Assembly (NCBI GenBank): GCA_040081625.1 | Contig: JBEBGD010000012.1 | Span: 1 to 64,000, forward strand | Source: Chthoniobacteraceae bacterium | GTDB lineage: Bacteria; Verrucomicrobiota; Verrucomicrobiia; Chthoniobacterales; Chthoniobacteraceae | DNA length: 64,000 bases | Direction of reading: 5' to 3' | Notes under the pieces: generated by a model | Databases searched by the model: none | What the model was told of the DNA's origin: nothing | What the model saw: only the letters and a program-made list of their open reading frames with translations | Part shown: positions 62,653-64,000 of the stretch, in pieces | Layout of the letters: each line of letters opens with the position of its first letter | Numbering within the stretch: the first letter of the stretch is position 1 | Translations under genes and position numbers: made by a program

Positions 62653-64000
62653 GTGCCGTCCCTCAGGGCCATCATCTTCCTCGCGCTCTGCGCACGCGCG
62701 CTCGCGCAGATTCCCGCCTTTCCCGGCGCGGAAGGCTACGGCGCTTACGCGCTCGGCGGGCGCAACGGCGACGTGTATCACGTCACGAACCTCAATGCTT
62801 CCGGCGCGGGATCGTTCGCCGACGCGATCGCGACGGTGCCGGGCGCGGGGCGCACGATCGTTTTCGACGTGAGCGGCTACATTCGGTTCCCGAGCGGGTC
62901 GAACGGCACGCGCCTGACCGCATCGAAAGTCACCATCGCCGGCCAGACCGCGCCGGGCGACGGCATCGGCTTTTACAACAACTTCTTCCGCATCTCGGGC
63001 GACGACATCGTCATCCGCCACGTGCGTTTCCGGCACGGCAAATACGGCTCGGGCGGCGACTGCGTGGACCTCGACAGCGGCTGCCTCAACGCGATCCTCG
63101 ATCACGTCTCGATGCAGTTCAGCACGGATGAAAACATGTCGAGCTATGGCAGCCCGCCGGAGAACGTGACGCTGCAATACTCGCTGAATGCGTGGGGCCT
63201 TGAGACGCACTCGTGCGGCGGGCTGTGGGATCAAAACCACGCGACTTCGCACCACAATCTTTGGGCGCACAATCACACGCGCAACCCGAAGGCGCGCCCG
63301 AGCGGACTGCTCGAGTGGATCAACAACGTCACGTTCGACTGGGACATTGGCTTCATCATGGGCGACTCGACGAGCGTTCAGAATTGGAAGGCGAACGTCA
63401 TTGGCAACTACTTCATCTGCCCGCCGGGAAACCTCCGCAGCAAGGCGCTCGAGAAGGCATCGCTCGCGACGAACGGGCAGCCGAACTTCACCGTGCATCT
63501 CAGCAGCAACCTCACGGACAACGACGGCGACGGGCTCCTCAACGGAACCGACAAGGGCTACACGATCGTCTCGGGCTCCTCATACAATCAGTCCGCGTCG
63601 GCCATCGCGGGCTCGACTGCGGGCGTCGCGACGGACAATGCGCTCGTCGCTTACAAAAAGATCGTCTCCAACGCGGGCGCGCTCCGGCTCGATGCGGGTT
63701 CCGCGGGCGCGCTGCGCGATGAAGTGGACACGATCCTCGTCGGCAAGCTGACGAGTCGGACGCCGTTTCACGTCACGCGCGAGAGCGACACCGGCGCGAG
63801 CGCGAGCGGCTTTGGCACGCTGGCGAGCGCGGCGGCGCCGGTGGACACGGACAAGGACGGAATGCCGGACTACTACGAGACCGCGCTCGCCTGGAACGTG
63901 GCGACCGACGACCACACGACGGCGCTCGCGAGCAGCGGCGGCTTCATCACGGGCACGACGTTCCTCCCCGCGGGCACCGTCGCCGGCTACACGCGGCTCG
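62653..64000 (+). CDS. Secreted pectate-lyase-like (PL1-type) protein, 3' end beyond window
   Basis: Missing from the ORF track because there is no stop. Manual translation: signal peptide, then IPAFPGAEGYGAYALGGRNGDVYHVTNLNASGAGSF, TIAGQTAPGDGI, DHVSMQFSTDE, HNHTRNPK, DTDKDGMPDYYE. Confidence 0.9.
   Translation, partial: MPSLRAIIFLALCARALAQIPAFPGAEGYGAYALGGRNGDVYHVTNLNASGAGSFADAIATVPGAGRTIVFDVSGYIRFPSGSNGTRLTASKVTIAGQTAPGDGIGFYNNFFRISGDDIVIRHVRFRHGKYGSGGDCVDLDSGCLNAILDHVSMQFSTDENMSSYGSPPENVTLQYSLNAWGLETHSCGGLWDQNHATSHHNLWAHNHTRNPKARPSGLLEWINNVTFDWDIGFIMGDSTSVQNWKANVIGNYFICPPGNLRSKALEKASLATNGQPNFTVHLSSNLTDNDGDGLLNGTDKGYTIVSGSSYNQSASAIAGSTAGVATDNALVAYKKIVSNAGALRLDAGSAGALRDEVDTILVGKLTSRTPFHVTRESDTGASASGFGTLASAAAPVDTDKDGMPDYYETALAWNVATDDHTTALASSGGFITGTTFLPAGTVAGYTRL

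Overview
High-GC chromosomal window. Its gene content (PEP-CTERM, autotransporter-associated beta-strand repeats, DUF1552, DUF1080, HEAT repeats) suggests a Verrucomicrobiota, Chthoniobacter-like genome; this taxonomy is inference. Left part (1-25.1 kb): a transmembrane Ser/Thr kinase with tandem ectodomains (runs off the left edge), a DUF1552/HEAT/ArnT-like trio, nadK-PTS IIA-large secreted unknown, a LacI regulator and a tightly coupled sugar-catabolism-like operon. Right part (25.4-64 kb): very large secreted multidomain proteins (HYR/Ig protein, GH39, alginate-lyase-like/LamG, two PQQ sugar dehydrogenase-diheme cytochrome c fusions, a 3687-aa PEP-CTERM protein, a pectate-lyase-like gene running off the right edge). 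Among them sit a flavin-dependent halogenase, a NarX-type histidine kinase with no partner in the window, and a TA pair whose toxin carries a nonsense codon. Most notable signals: (1) a shared 21-bp palindromic motif in four upstream regions (candidate regulon); (2) a shared ~65-aa C-terminal 'Y-x-L-Q...W...F[FY]R' domain on three secreted enzymes (candidate sorting signal); (3) REP-like palindromes inserted in-frame inside two genes. No rRNA, tRNA, CRISPR array, transposase or reverse transcriptase was recognised. All family assignments come from motif recognition by eye, not database searches.
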